NCBI GenBank assembly: GCA_951406725.2
Contig: OX597822.1
Coordinates: 113,088,001-113,152,000 of the forward strand
Reading direction: 5' to 3'
Length of the DNA: 64,000 bases
From: Octopus vulgaris
Taxonomy: Eukaryota
Shown here: piece by piece, positions 24,355-41,064 of the stretch
How the letters are laid out: every line of letters begins with the position of its first letter
How positions within the stretch are numbered: position 1 is the stretch's first letter
Notes under the pieces: model-generated
What the model saw: the letters and a program-made list of their open reading frames with translations, nothing else
Told to the model about the DNA's origin: nothing
Database searches by the model: none
Translations under genes and position numbers: made by a program

Positions 24355-27065
24355 TAATACAGACAAATTCACATTTGGAACTTGAGAAAAGTCTTGCATA
24401 TTTTAACAGTTCCACTTACAGATTGGACTTGTAATGTACGAATCAGCTGGTCAATTTCTCTTTCTGAAAATCCCAGTTTATCCAGAATCTCCTTTAATCA
24501 TTTACTAACAAAACTTAGTTCTCCAATTATTATTGATATGAATATGAATTCATAGTCTGGATATAGAAGCTGGAGGTTTCGAAGCAGTTGTCCATAGATA
24601 TCCTCTTTTTCCTTGATTTTCAAAGAGATATTTATATCTGCAGGGCAGCTAACCTCTGTAGTAGTACATACATTTGCCCCTCTGTCCCAAACAACAATAT
24701 CTGTCCTGTTATGCTTACATTTGACAGACGTTTTGATGGGAATATTCCACCAGTATTCCTTGAGTTGGTGTTTATGAATGTATTCCATAACAGGGGTATT
24801 TAATAAGTTTATTTCAGGACAGTCTTTTTTGTGGATGGCATTGTAAATTGTTTTAACAACAACATTGTGCCGCATACGGAGGTAGTACCGTGACGACATT
24901 ATAGGACAGCTGCTAATCACATGCGTAATGTCTTCCACAGAAACAAGATATAGTGTACACCTGCGGTTGCACCTTGTGGTTACAAGAGCGTCACTGTCTC
25001 TCTTGTTCACCAGGTACCTTGTGGCACTCACCTGTTCTTGGATTGCAAATGCATGGCCTTCAAAGTGTGATGTGATATAGTGATCTTGTGTCCAAGAGAG
25101 GCTGCGCTTCGTGTCACTTCTACTGTCTTCTTCAAGCCTCCGGGCAACATACCCATGCATGTCAAAATCACTGTTTCTGTGGAAGTTCCCAGTTGTCAGA
25201 ATTTTGTGGGTTTTGATATCTATGGAGTGGATTTCCTCTCCAGACCAATCAAGTATCCCAAATGTTGGAATCAGCTCTGGTACAGCAAATGCATTGTGGG
25301 ATATTGTATTGTTATAAGAGTTCCGACTGCCATACTTTCCTAAGTCTGGTGTAATATTCTAGGGTCACTCTATCGTTATTCACAGTCCCTTCATATGATA
25401 CATTTTCGTCTGTGCCTAGGTACTTGTAACATTCTTTGTGTGGAATGAGGGAGATAGAGAGACCGTTGATGTACAGGTTTTGGGTTTGGGGACTGACTCA
25501 CCTCGTTCTATTACAAAATATGAACATTTCTTTTGGCCAAATTCCATACCTATATCAGCTGAAAATGTTGTTATTAATTTCAGTTGTTTTTTGACATTGT
25601 TAACACTTTTAGCATAAGTCTTCAGGTCGTCTACAAGGAAATTATGGGTTACATTGATATTTCTAGCTGTTGAAGATCCTAGCATGTGGCCTATTTGTTT
25701 TCTGTAGGAACGATAATGGATTCTGTGTCAAAATGAAAAGGAGTACAGAAATACTATCCCCCTAGGATTATTCCCTTTGTAATGTCCTATATTATTAGAA
25801 ACAATAATTCTCTTCTCAGCTGTAAGGGTAAGAATAGTTGTCCATGTCTTGTGAGTCTCTCTGTGGCAGCAATGTTAGCACTTCAACAGCCATGAGTCGA
25901 ATGCCTTCCTATAGTCAAGCCATAATGTCACAAGGTTTCTGCGTTGTTTTCTTACGTCAGACAGTACAGTTTTGTTTATTAAAAGTTGTTCGGCAAATCC
26001 TTTTTCCTTCTTTCTACCAGCCTGTTCACCAGTCACAATGTTGTTCGACTCACAATGGTCCTGGGGGAATTGGTTGAGGCAACTTATGTACAGTCTGTAC
26101 ATAATGTTTAGGCAAGCAATGAACCTGTAGTTTCCTGTCACCTCGGTGATTTCATTTTTGGCAACAAGATTTGTCCTTGCTGTAGCAAGCCAATTTAGTA
26201 TATCAGTCTAACATTCCATAGTCTTTTTGAACATACATATCAATTGGTTTCTATAAAAGTTCACCTTCTTGTACCAATACCCAACTGTTAGGTCCCTTCC
26301 AGGTGCCTTCCCATTCTGCAGTTTGCCTACTGCTGTAGCGAAGGTTTCTGCATCAATTTTGTATGTTTTACAGTTAGTGTTGGTACAGTATTCTCTCTCA
26401 ATTGTATTTAACCATGATGCATTCTCTTCGTTCCAAATTTTTGACCAGAATGGTTGTAGATCTTCTCGGGAGGGAGCTTTCTGAATGGTAATATTTTCCT
26501 TCCTCGTTTCTCTGTATAATGTTCATGGGTTGGAAGCAAACTTACGATTGATACTGGCTCGCTCAAAAATTCGCATGCGACAGCGGAGTTTCTCGCTCAT
26601 CGTCCTGAGTTTTAAAGTGATTAGCTTTCCCTCAAGAGCTCAGTGTGAAGAGTTACCATAAAGTTTTATTAATTTTTTCTGAGGTAGAGTTGGTGAGGTA
26701 TAAAGTCATTTTTCTCCTTACATTTTATTGCTGTAGTTAATCATCCAATATGGCGGCGCATGTTGTTGATGTTTTCTTCAAGTTTTGTTTTCCATCTAGG
26801 TTTCTTTTTCCGTTTAGTAATTTCGTTACTTTGTTCGCCGTAGATTTCTCCTAGGTGTTCTTTAAGAGTAATAGCGGCTGTGTATATAAGAGTATAACTA
26901 TTCCAGTAATTAGCATCACGTGATTCCATGTGCTCTCCAGCAACATCGTTGATAACCTTAGACGTTAGATCGGTCGGATTTTTTTTCTCACTCGTGTTGG
27001 GAATAGTCTGTTGCTCAAAGATAGTTTCGAATAAGTAGCAACATTTTTTTGCGAATTGTAATTTT
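24355..27065 (-). mobile_element. Decayed non-LTR retrotransposon with restriction-like endonuclease (R4/Dong-like)
   Basis: RT 'NYRFIACLNIMYRL', 'LWLDYRKAFDS', 'THNFLVDDLKTYA'; CCHC 'CTLY..VEDITHVISSC', 'RHN'; RLE 'KHNRTDIVVWD..EVSCP..KEDIY'. Confidence 0.88.
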
Positions 27066-27104
27066 AAAATGTTGTATGTATGTATGTATGTGCATATATA
27101 TACA

Positions 27105-27157
<53 letters not shown>

Positions 27158-27177
27158 CTACATATATATATATATAT

Positions 27178-27244
<67 letters not shown>
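27065..27244. repeat. (TA)n-rich microsatellite
   Basis: Direct inspection. Confidence 0.95.
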
Positions 27245-27246
<2 letters not shown>

Positions 27247-27671
27247 CACTATGGATTGGGTCACCTTCTCTGTGATGCTATTAAGACTTTTTTTAAAATT
27301 CTGTGATAAGACTGTACATCATCTTTAAAGAACTTTAATGAACTTTTGAAATCTGTTTATGTTACTTAATTATCTACATTACTTCATGAGTATAGCCTCA
27401 ACCACTAGGATGTCTAGAGAACTCACATGTATTTTAGCTGATGAGTACGGGACACGTTTATATGCTGTAATTTTTGCAACTTTTAATAAAACCTGTCCTT
27501 GTATGAAACGATTGTACTAAAAACCTATCCATTCTTGTTGCTTCATTCTCGCTTATAATCACCCCACATTACTGTATTGTTAAATCAGTATAGTTTTTTT
27601 TGGTGCATCTAAGTTAGGTACCATATTCAAGTAAATTCATTTAAATTAACTTGAATCTTTATTGCTTTTTG
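27245..27671 (+). mobile_element. PLE pLTR fragment, family P7, between (TA)n tracts
   Basis: Contains an intact hammerhead; flanked on both sides by TA repeats. Confidence 0.6.
27432..27522 (+). ncRNA. Type I hammerhead ribozyme with long helix II
   Basis: UUUUAG-CUGAUGA-G-UAC-GGGACA...UGUCCUU-GUA-U-GAAA-C(GAUU)G-UA-CUAAAA; helix I is 6 bp. Confidence 0.82.
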
Positions 27672-27732
27672 TATATATATATATATATATATATATACAG
27701 AGAGAGACAGACAGACAGACAGAGACAGAGAA

Positions 27733-28623
27733 AGGGTGCGATGAATAAACTGCCGTCTATATTACCAAAAGTAAAAATAACACTTACATCTCATTTTAAC
27801 ATCTCATTTAACATTTTAACAGCTTAACTGATTTCTCATTTTAAAAACTACATAAAAATATTTTTTTAAACCTAAAGAGTAAATTTATTCAATAAAACCG
27901 CCATTGATATCAACCACGGTCTCCAGATGACTTCAGAATCTCCCGCAACTCTTCTGGATGTCTCCTTGTTTAAGTTGGTGAATGCTGCCATAATCCTTGC
28001 CTTGAATTCATCCTTGGTCTTACAAAGAGTTTTGTTGGTCTCTCGCTCGACTGCGCCCTACACATATAATCAAGGGCGTTGCAGTCTGAGGAGTTAGGTG
28101 GCCAGACGCTAGAGGAGATGTGGTCGTAGAAATTATCTGACAACCATGACTAGATTCTCCTGCTTGCGTGGCACAGTGTAGAGTCCTGTTGCCAGACACA
28201 GGGTCTTCCAGCAGCCACCCTCTTGACCCAGGACAGCACTACCTCCTCCAGCCACTTGATGTAGACCTCCGTGTTGAGTGTGAGGCTATGTGAAAAGATG
28301 AATGGGGGTATAACATCGCCATCACAAGTGATCGCTCCAAACACCATGATGTTGACTGGATGTTTGATTGTTATCACTCTCGGTACATATACTCAGATTG
28401 CTCAGATTGACATCCAAATACTCTGAAATGTTCGTATTGGAGCTTCCGGCGCGAATGCCGAGCAGTACAATATGTCGTTTCCAAATTTCTGGCAGAGTGA
28501 ATTGTGTCATGTTGTTGTTTTTCTCACAGACGGTGCCCAACTGACCCTATTATACTGTGTAATCCACAAAATCAGAAACAATATCGTCATAAAATGGTGG
28601 CAATTTACCCATCGTACCGTGTA
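27733..28623 (-). mobile_element. Second decayed maT/DD37D-like transposon copy
   Basis: 'KHPVNIMVFGAITCDGDV..WQQDSTLCH'; TIRs 'agggtgcgatgaataaactgcc' and 'ggcaatttacccatcgtaccgtgta'. Confidence 0.85.
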
Positions 28624-28629
28624 CATAGG

Positions 28630-28695
<66 letters not shown>

Positions 28696-28707
28696 ATTAT
28701 AAATATG

Positions 28708-28743
<36 letters not shown>

Positions 28744-29859
28744 TTCCCACACACACATACACACACATACACATAAATACATATATTCATACATATATAC
28801 ATACCTACATACATATAGTACAGTTTAGCATATAACGAATACATCTACAGGTTTTAGCCTGCATTACAAGTGACAGATAAATGTAAGCATTCTGGAAGAT
28901 CTCTGATTTCTGGATGTTTCCTTCCTTCGACAGTTCTTGTAAGCCCTCCTTGAAAACTATAAAGATCTTGGTATTATCTTTGTACATCAGCGGTAAAAAA
29001 TATCTTTGTGGTCATGGAAGTGAAATGAAGCTTATTACATTCATTCCTATGTTGGGACTTCATCAGTAACCGAGAACTCTCTTTAACTGTTCAATGACAT
29101 TGCTTATAAACTCATTATTGTCAATAGTTGAGGTAAATCGTATACTCCGATTTGCATATATAACGCATTATTGTTTGTGGCGATCATTAACATATCGATT
29201 GTTGAACTTATCCTTGTAAAAATACATTTATATTCTACATATATCCACTATGTCCTTTGTCAACCAATGTTTTGATAGGTTCATGTCTCACCATCTATAT
29301 AAAAACACACATAGTAATACATATATACTCGTTTGTATGCAAACATAAATACACACACGTACGCACACACACAGACGCACATGTACGCACACGCACACAT
29401 AGACATGTACACATATTTTGTGTTCAATGATGATAAATTTTTTTATATCTGTACAACATCACAGAGTTAATGCTGTGGGGAGGCAGTAAGCTCACTGAAA
29501 ACGAGTTTACAATGCAGGTTCTATTTCCGCTCGATCAATTTCAGTTCGTTTAGTTTTTGCATCAACAATTTTTCGGTTGTAGTGAGCAGTCGTGATAGGA
29601 TTGGTCTACATTAGGCAAAATTACCATTGACAACTCTGCAGGAAACCTTCAACAGGGAAATTTACGAGACAGTTTCCTTTTTTTATATATCTTTTTACCT
29701 ATTTCCTTTCTTGAAGTAAAGTCATGCAGGGGTACGCCATCAAATATTTCAGCCGATATTACCAAGACCATATTTATTTTAGATGGGTGGTTATTTTTAT
29801 TGATTCCATTTGTCGCATGGCTAGGTTACCTTGTCGAAACAACACAGATAACCAGTAAT

Positions 29860-30125
29860 GGTAGCGAGTTGGTAGACGGCTTAGCGTCTCGATTAGAAAG
29901 CTTTGTGATATTTCATTAAGTTCTCTGCGCTACAAGTTCAAATTCTATTTAAGTCAGTTCTGTCTTTCATCATTTCAGTGTTTATGAATAAATTACCACC
30001 AGTTCAGGTCGGTGGGTTGGCTGGATTATTAGAGCGCCGTAGAAGATGCGATGGCGCCATTTGTTCCGGTTTTCTACGTTCTGACGCCAACCATTGCGCC
30101 AGGTTTTGTCGGTCGTTGACTTTCA
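29860..30125 (+). mobile_element. Two highly diverged SINE-C-like heads
   Basis: 'agcgagttggtagacggcttagc..aagttcaaatt..ctttcatc' and 'ggttggctggattattagagcgccg..tacgttctga'. Confidence 0.45.
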
Positions 30126-30232
30126 ATTGGAGAGAAATTTTTCCAGCGGCAGATCCACGAATTACACACACACATAGACATGTGTATATATATATGAGTG
30201 TCCATATGTATGTACACATGTATGTATGTGTA

Positions 30233-30746
<514 letters not shown>

Positions 30747-30756
30747 ATATATATAT

Positions 30757-30801
<45 letters not shown>

Positions 30802-30899
30802 AGACACACCCAGCGTCCTAGGGCGATTGAAGGACAAGAGATGTTACAGTATGACTGAAAGCTTGGCAGGGAGTGGCAGAGCAGTAGCAAAATATCTTT

Positions 30900-32780
30900 A
30901 TGTAATACAACACAGACATTTAAATGGATAGGATTTTTCTAAGTATGTGCGCAGCACATACAATCTTTTGGACAATCTTTTGGACAATCTTTTGGACAAT
31001 CTTTTGAATTTCTTTGAGATGGTTCTCCTGAGATCTTATCCAGATGTTTCTGACACTCCATTTTTATCATACCCAGGGCACCTACAATAGCGGGAACAGA
31101 TACCACTTCTGTATTTCGATTTCCATGTCCTTTATATTCACTTAATTTGTCAAATTCCTTTACAGATATATTTTTATCAATGGGAACACTTACATCTATT
31201 ACGCTACAAATATTTTCTTCTCTGTCTTTAATTATTATGACTGGTCGATTAGTCTGGATCGTTCTGTCGGCGTTAACTGGAAAATCCCAGAGAATAGTAA
31301 CATTTTTACCTTCAGCGGCTCAGGATGATGTTCATACAGTAAGCAGGAGTGCTGATTGTGCAGCGTTTACATATTTTCCAATGTAAATACTGTCCTACCC
31401 TATCGTAGCGATTTTTGCATTCGTTTGGTATTAGCACAAGATATCCCAAAACCAGATGGTCTAATGTTTCGTCAAATGTGTCGCAGAATCTGCATTTAGA
31501 GTCAGAACCGTTTTGAAGAACGTCAGTCTGGTAGTTTTTGGTAAGCATATTTCGATCTCGTGCCACCAATATGAAATTTTCAGTCTCTGCTTCAGTCCTG
31601 AACTCAGCCACTGATGGGTTGCTGCTTGGTCTACATTAGCATTTTGACTTCGAACTATACACTGTCTATGCAGAGGCTTCTGGCTCCACCGCTCCTCAAT
31701 TTATTCCCGCCCGTTCTTTTTTGCCGTCTGCTTAATCCGTTTTGCTTATTTTGTGGCAGTGGCTTCAGGTTCTACACCTAATTCAGGGTTAATGCCAAGT
31801 TCCGTTGCGAATTTGCAAGCTTCCTTGACAATAGAGTGCGATTTTTGCTGCATTGATGTCAGCACACAAGTCACAGCATCAAGTCACCTGTATAAGATAA
31901 GTACCTGTTCATTGCTATTGTGAAGGTCTTATAGCACAGTTCTACCTGCATCATTTCTCTTCCCCCATTACTTCTTGGTAGGTACAGACGATCAACATCT
32001 GCTTTTGGTTGGAGCATGTTCTTAGATGTTAGTAGTTTTCTTGTCTTCCTGTCCAGACGTTGGAGTTCTGTGAGATTCCAGTTAATGATGTTAAAACTGT
32101 ATTGGACACTTCGAAGTGCCAGGGTGTTAATGGCTTTGATGCGATTTTTAAAGTTGAGTTCAGTATTTAGTAAGAGTCCTATTCTCCTGTAATACTGCTT
32201 TCTTATTTTTCCTTCATAGTAGCATGTTGTATACCATCTCCTTCGTTAATCCCCAGGTATTTATCACTCTGTTCTTCGCTATTCTGTCTTCAGCTTTCTC
32301 GTTGGGATGCACTGCCCGTACATTGGGTTCTGTTACCTACTTGTGTCCTAATTTGCCTAAATTCAGTGTCAGTTAACCTTTTATTCTTAATGATGTCTCT
32401 ACGTACATTACTTAATTTATTTGCATCTATATATCTGCGTCATTTGTTCCCTACTAAGTTTCTCCATGAAATGTATGTTTGTACAATGAGGTAATTGTTT
32501 GGGCTTAGCTCTGGGCTGTATAGAAAGCTTTCAACACATCTCTATAATCCTCTCTAGTCCATTTTATGCGTTTTCCCTCAGGTGGTGTTTTTGGTGGCGT
32601 CACTACAGATCCAAGGTTAGGCTTATCTTGGTTCTAGTTACCTAGTAGATCGTTTTTTTCTTTCTTGAGAGTTTGTTTCAGCAGCATATTTTTCGTTCCC
32701 CACTCTGGTCCCCCACTGGGTAACGCGGTCTTTGGTGCCCTGGGCGATGACAGATCCGGCATGAATTTTGACTTGTCATT
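30900..32780 (-). mobile_element. Internally deleted R4/Dong-like LINE (second family)
   Basis: 'ETENFILVARD..TKNY..SKCRFCDTFDETLDHLV..RYDRVGQYLHWKIC'; an N-terminal-like region at ~32300-32760 is joined to the RT thumb, so most of the RT is missing. Confidence 0.8.
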
Positions 32781-32866
32781 AAAGGATTGACGGAGACAAT
32801 ACGAGACGGGTCTTTTTGACATGACACCGCTTCCTTGTTCCTCGAATGGATATATATATCATATCG

Positions 32867-33251
32867 TGGAGGCGCAATGGCCCAGTGGTTAGGGCAGCGG
32901 ACTCGCTGTCATAGGATCGCGGTTTCGATTCCCAGACCGGGCGTTGTGAGTGTTTATTGAGCAAAAACACCTAAAAGCTCCATGAGGCTCCGGCAGGGGA
33001 TGGTGGTGATCCCTGCTGCACTCTTTCACCACAACTTTCTCTCACTCTTACTTCCTGTTTCTGTTGTACCTGTATTTCAAAGGGCCGGCCTTGTCACTCT
33101 CTGTGTCACGCTGAATATCCCCGAGAACTACGTTAAGAGTACACGTGTCTGTGGAGTGCTCAGCCACTTACACGTTAATTTCACGAGCAGGCTGTTCCGT
33201 TGATTCGGATCAACTGGAACCCTCGTCGTCGTAACCGACGGAGTGCTTCCA
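32867..33251 (+). mobile_element. SINE family A, full length
   Basis: Near-identical to 12482-12864. Confidence 0.92.
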
Positions 33252-33910
33252 CCACTTCTTTTATTTATTCGCTTGTGGGAAGACGCTTTGTTTTTCTTTA
33301 TTCCGGCATCGCTCGTGACCCTCTTTTTCTTTTATTTTCTGTGTGTGTACGTGTGTGTAGTGTAAGCATTATTTATGCTGCTTATAAATATTAACATGTG
33401 CACAAGGATGCACGGACAGTTGCATGTATAGGGAATTATTCAATTTACGTACTTACTGTGTGCTTGGTGTTTTTCCAGGGTTCCTGGTGCTGGTTTCGAC
33501 CTCTCTTATATGTAGCATTGAGATATCGTGGATTTAAGAAAGACACTACACTTTATATAACAAAAATCTTTCCGATCTTTAGATCCTTTGCCTTAACTGA
33601 ACTTTTCCCACGGTAGTTGTATTGCAAAGTTTTCCTTCCATCGCACCGATGTTATTGGATTAAGTTTGTTTTGTGGAGAGAGCTTCGTAGCGTACGTCCA
33701 AGTTGTTATTTAGACCAGCGCTATTATTCTGTTATTTCTTCTTCTTCTCCTCCTCCTTTTTCTTCTTCTTCTTCTTCTTCTTCTTCTTCTTCTTCTTCTT
33801 CTTCTTCCATTATTATTATCATCATCATCATCATCATCATCATTATCACCATCATCATCACCATCATGATCATCATTATCATTATTGTTATTATCATCAT
33901 CATCATCATT

Positions 33911-34451
33911 AGACGGCGAGATGAAAGTCTCATTAGCACACCGGGCAAAATTCTCAGCGGACATTTCATCTGTCTTTACGTTCTAAGTTCAACTGCCGCC
34001 GAGGCCGACTTTGCCTTTTATACTTTCGAGGTCCACAAATAAACACTAGTTGAACACTAGTGTCGATCTAATCGGTTTATGCCCTCGCTAGAATTTGTTT
34101 GCCTTGTTTCAACATTTGAAACTATTACTATTATTATTACTTGAAATTTCACAATTAGAGTTTCGAGCGACTGCCATCTTCAGGCGAGAACTGATACGAT
34201 TTGGTTTGGATTTTCGTTTATTGATTGACTGTTGCTTTTGTGCTTTTTCATTGGCTATGTTCTGTGTCCTAGCGTTTACTAATATGGTTCTCTTGTTATT
34301 TTTAGCCATGAAGTATAACTTACTATTGTATCTTTTATAGTCGGGTTCACAAACGAAATTGAATACTAACTATCATTGTCGGAGACATATGGTAACCTTT
34401 GACAGGAAGTGTATTGTCCTCTCTTGTAACAATATATCAACACTATAATGA

Positions 34452-34506
<55 letters not shown>

Positions 34507-34830
34507 GGTTTTCTCATAGACATAAATAAGCACATCTAGCAACCTCCTATAAAGATTCTACTGTTATTCTGTAGACTATAGCATGGTCGGAAGTTTATAA
34601 AAAACTATACAATATAGAATTTCTTTCGGTATAAATGTGTTGGGATTCATTTTGGTCTAGATTTTCTTATATAACTTCAAACTATTGTGAACCTCGACAA
34701 AATTCATAACTGAACGTGATCACTACTCCAAGAATATGAACCATAGTTTACATTGACAGTTGCTTTTCATATTTCAAAATATTTCTATATTATCTTGTAT
34801 ACTATAAATTTCTAGTTGTATACTCTTCTC
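33911..34830 (+). repeat. ~900-bp duplicated segment, copy 2
   Basis: Colinear with 20594-21485. Confidence 0.9.
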
Positions 34831-34990
34831 TACTATACAAAGTTTGCATCATCCTCTTCCGTTGATATCGGACTAGCGCTGCTGTATGATCCTATTCAAT
34901 TTCGTATGGAGTTCCTTCATCCTTAAGGTGTCACACAAGAGGGAGGATCTAAGGGCGATAACCCATCCCGTTCAAGGCTCAAAATGTATT

Positions 34991-35311
34991 GTGGAGGCGC
35001 AATGGCCCAATGGTTAGGGCAGTAGACTCGCGGTCGTAGGATCGCGGTTTCAATTCCCAGACCGGGCGTTGTGATTGTTTATTGAGCGAAAACACCTAAA
35101 AGCTTCACGATGTTCTGGCAGGGGGTGGTGGTGATCCCTGCTGTACTCTTTCGCCACAACTTTCTCTCACTCTTTCTTCTGTTGGCATGCTCGCTTAGCG
35201 GGCAGGCCAGCAGGGTGGCGTCATTCGAAGGCTAAAACAATGCGAAGCGCATTGCGACCAGCGATGTGTAGCAACATCTGATAGCCTGGTCGGTCACGGT
35301 GATCACGGTGA
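34991..35311 (+). mobile_element. SINE family A head with an alternative 3' tail
   Basis: First ~185 bp match family A, then unrelated sequence ending in 'tcacggtgatcacggtga'. Confidence 0.85.
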
Positions 35312-35320
35312 TATATATAT

Positions 35321-35440
35321 TTGACCGATAGAATAAGTACTGGGCTTACAAAGAATAAGTCCCGGGGTCGATTTGCTCGACTAAAGGTGGCGCTCAAGCA
35401 TGGCCGCAGTCAAATGACTGAAACAAGTAAAAGAGAAAAA
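35321..35440 (+). mobile_element. SINE family B, 3' fragment
   Basis: 'gaccgatagaataagtactgggcttacaaagaataagtcccgggg...gaaacaagtaaaagag'. Confidence 0.85.
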
Positions 35441-35659
35441 AAGAGAGAGAGAGATTATTCTTTGATTTACAAATTAACTCACGAAGAGAGGTTATATACC
35501 CGCAGCCATTGGTGTCTGACGAGATCTCTATAAAGCTAAGCGCTTTATGAATGCGAAACCTTTGGACACTCTATGACCGGACATGTATTTAACTTCAAGT
35601 AAATACTTTACTGCTCCAACTAGAAGAGTGAGCTTCTTTTTCGGATATGTGATCCACTA

Positions 35660-38039
<2,380 letters not shown>

Positions 38040-38340
38040 ATTCCTAACTATACAAAAGCATTTAGAATCCCAATGGCTTTATACGTGTGTATATACGTGC
38101 AGAGAAACGTAAAAACACACACAAGGATGAGATAAGCATACTGTATATGAATTATAACTGCTCCCCCCCACTTCATATATACATGCATGTGTACAGAAAT
38201 ACAGAGGGAGAGAGAGTTATAACAGGTAGATAGATAGATATGAACATAATCTTTGTATATCTATATGTAAATGTACATATATATACATACACGTACATAT
38301 ACATATAAATCCATACATATATACACATATACGTATATTC

Positions 38341-38404
<64 letters not shown>

Positions 38405-38583
38405 ATATATTTGCACAAACATGCGCTAAACCATTAACAGTATCTTCATATATATGTATAAATAAATGCATACATAAATACAGACATATACATATGTGCA
38501 TCCGTTTCCCTCTTATCCTTTCTGTCCCTCTCTCTTCTTTCTCTTTTCCACTCTATCTGAACACATACTCATACACAATACAG

Positions 38584-38626
<43 letters not shown>

Positions 38627-40298
38627 GATGTGTAGGCATACCTATATATAGAGACATATATACACACACCCACCCACTTTCACATACACACACACACACA
38701 CACAAACACGTTAGCTGTTTGTGTGAATGCCTACAGCGTATGGTTCTTTAGCTGACTCTTTTGATCGTTCTAGCTGTAAGTAAATGTGAAAACCGCAAGT
38801 TAGATCAGATTTTTCTGGTGAGATATTTATATTCGAGGTTCACAGAAATTAAACAAAAAAAATAAAATAAACACTTTTGCTATTAAAACACAAAATGCTT
38901 GCAATGATATACATATGGGATAGTTGTTGGTTTATCACGGTGTATATTTACTAAATGATTACACAAATCTTTACCGTCTTATACCACTCCTATGTAACTA
39001 GCCATGCCTTCTGGTCAATTATAAACGTATCTCCGTTAAAATTCTGAAAGAAATCACACTATTGTGCAAGACACACTGGCCTCCGGTAAAACCATTATTT
39101 GTAGTCTATTTCTTTCTTCCAGTTTCATTTTTTTCTGTAGAATCACTATATACTTCGTTAATAATAATATACCCAAGTTTTAACTTTTACACATCAAATG
39201 TTCAATGGATAAATATCTTCAAAAGTGTCTCACCCAATGATATTAGTTGTAAGCGCTGATATCAAAGTGTCCTGAAATTGCTGGGTTGACCGCTGTCTTT
39301 TGCTCTGCTTCATATATATTCCTAATGTGTGTCAAATAAATCCTTGCCTTCATAATATATTTTCTCTTAGCGAAGAAAGAAGACACTTGAGACCCGACAA
39401 AATTACACCATATCTCCTTTCTCCCAACATCTCAAATATTATGCAAAAGATAACAAACAGGAAATTCGTGTCTTGCATTTCTACATCCTTGACGCCGCCC
39501 AAACAGCCGAATTAGCTCAGGTTTTGAATATATTTCTTAGTGTTTCGCAATTCTTTTCAGACAAAATATTGATTTCTTCCTTAATCAAGAGGCTCTAAAC
39601 TTATCGGCGTACAAAACAGGATGCTGAAACACTCAAGCATTTCCCAAGGACATCATCAGTGGAATGATCACCGGAAGCTAATGTCATGCGATGCGACACA
39701 CAAACATGGTTTTGCTAAATATTCGTATCTTATAATCCTTTTTAAATATTTATGGATAAAATAGCAGTTGTGATGTTCATGCCATTCCTAACAGCTTTAA
39801 CAGACCAAATGAAGTAACCTGGTTTCAAATGAAAATCAAAGGCAGCAAGATTTCGGCTCGACTGGTGCTACCATTTTGCAAAGTTCGAGAAATGAAAACT
39901 TGTGGTTACGTAAGAAAAGAAATAGGAATACATGATTTCATGCATCTCCCAGAATTTTATGTTTGTTAAGTGGTAAAATTTCTTATATATTTATAAAAAG
40001 TTTACAATATATATTTTGTGTCAAGTGTATCGTTGGCATTTAAAAATGAATACTAAAAGTTAATAGATTAAATTAAATTAAATCATTAACGAAAGAAAAG
40101 GTCTGAAGCAATTCCGCAGAAAGACGTGGGGACGAACATATACTTTTTATAATATTCACTATTAATGGTTCACCATGGTTCTCGGTTCATTGTTTGAATA
40201 TTGATAAAAGAAATATTAGGAACGTAATGAGGCAAATTAATGAGGATTTGTGTCTCTCCTTCCATAAACGAGATTTAACTTTTGTGAAAAAGAAAATA

Positions 40299-41064
40299 TT
40301 CTTTTCTACTCTAGGCACAAGACCCGAAATTTTGGTGGAGGGGCCAGTCGATTAGATCGACCCCAGTATGCAACTGTTACTTAATCTATCGATCCTGAAA
40401 GGATTAAAGGCAAAGTCGACCTCGGCGGAATTTGAACTCAGAACGTAACGGCAGACGAAATACCTATTTCTCTACTACCCACAAAGGGCTAAACACTGAG
40501 AGAACAAACAAGGACAGACACACGGATTAAGTCGATTACATCGACCCCAGTGCGTAACTAGTACTTAATTTATCGACCCCGAGAGGATGAAAGGCAAAGT
40601 CGACCTCGGCGGAATTTGAACCCAGAACGTAACGGCAGACGAAATACCTATTTCTTTACTACCCACAAGGGGTTAAACACAGAGAGAACAAACAAGGACA
40701 GACACACGGATTAAGTCGATTACATCGACCCCAGTGCGTAACTAGTACTTAATTTATCGACCCCGAGAGGATGAAAGGCAAAGTCGACCTCGGCGGAATT
40801 TGAACCCAGAACGTAACGGCAGACGAAATACCTATTTCTTTACTACCCACAAGGGGCTAAACACAGAGAGAACAAACAAGGACAGACACACGGATTAAGT
40901 CGATTATATTGACCCCAGTGCGTAACTGGTACTTAATTTATCGACCCCGAGAGGATGAAAAGCAAAGTCGACCTCGGCGGAATTTGAACTCAGAACATAA
41001 CGGCAGACGAAATACGGCAACGAATTTCGCCCGGCGTGCTAACGTTTCTGCCAGCTCGCCGCCT
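40299..41064 (-). mobile_element. SINE family C (Meta-domain-like) with a tandem 184-bp internal unit
   Basis: 'gaac(g/a)taacggcagacgaaatac' recurs at 40441, 40625, 40809 and 40993; head 'aaggcggcgagctggcagaa'; core 'gcctttcatcct(c/t)tcggggtcgataaa'. Confidence 0.9.

Noticed and set aside
32690-32830. HDV-like ribozyme at the 5' end of the R4/Dong-like LINE
   Set aside because: Could not fold a convincing nested double pseudoknot by eye; the region reads equally well as the ORF start
33703-33969. Poly-His/Asp/Glu/Ser ORFs
   Set aside because: (TTC)n and (ATC)n trinucleotide microsatellites
38980-39300. Minus-strand exon-like pieces (e.g. NFNGDTFIIDQKAWLVT*EWYKT)
   Set aside because: In-frame stops and no recognisable homology; chance splice-like signals are common in AT-rich DNA
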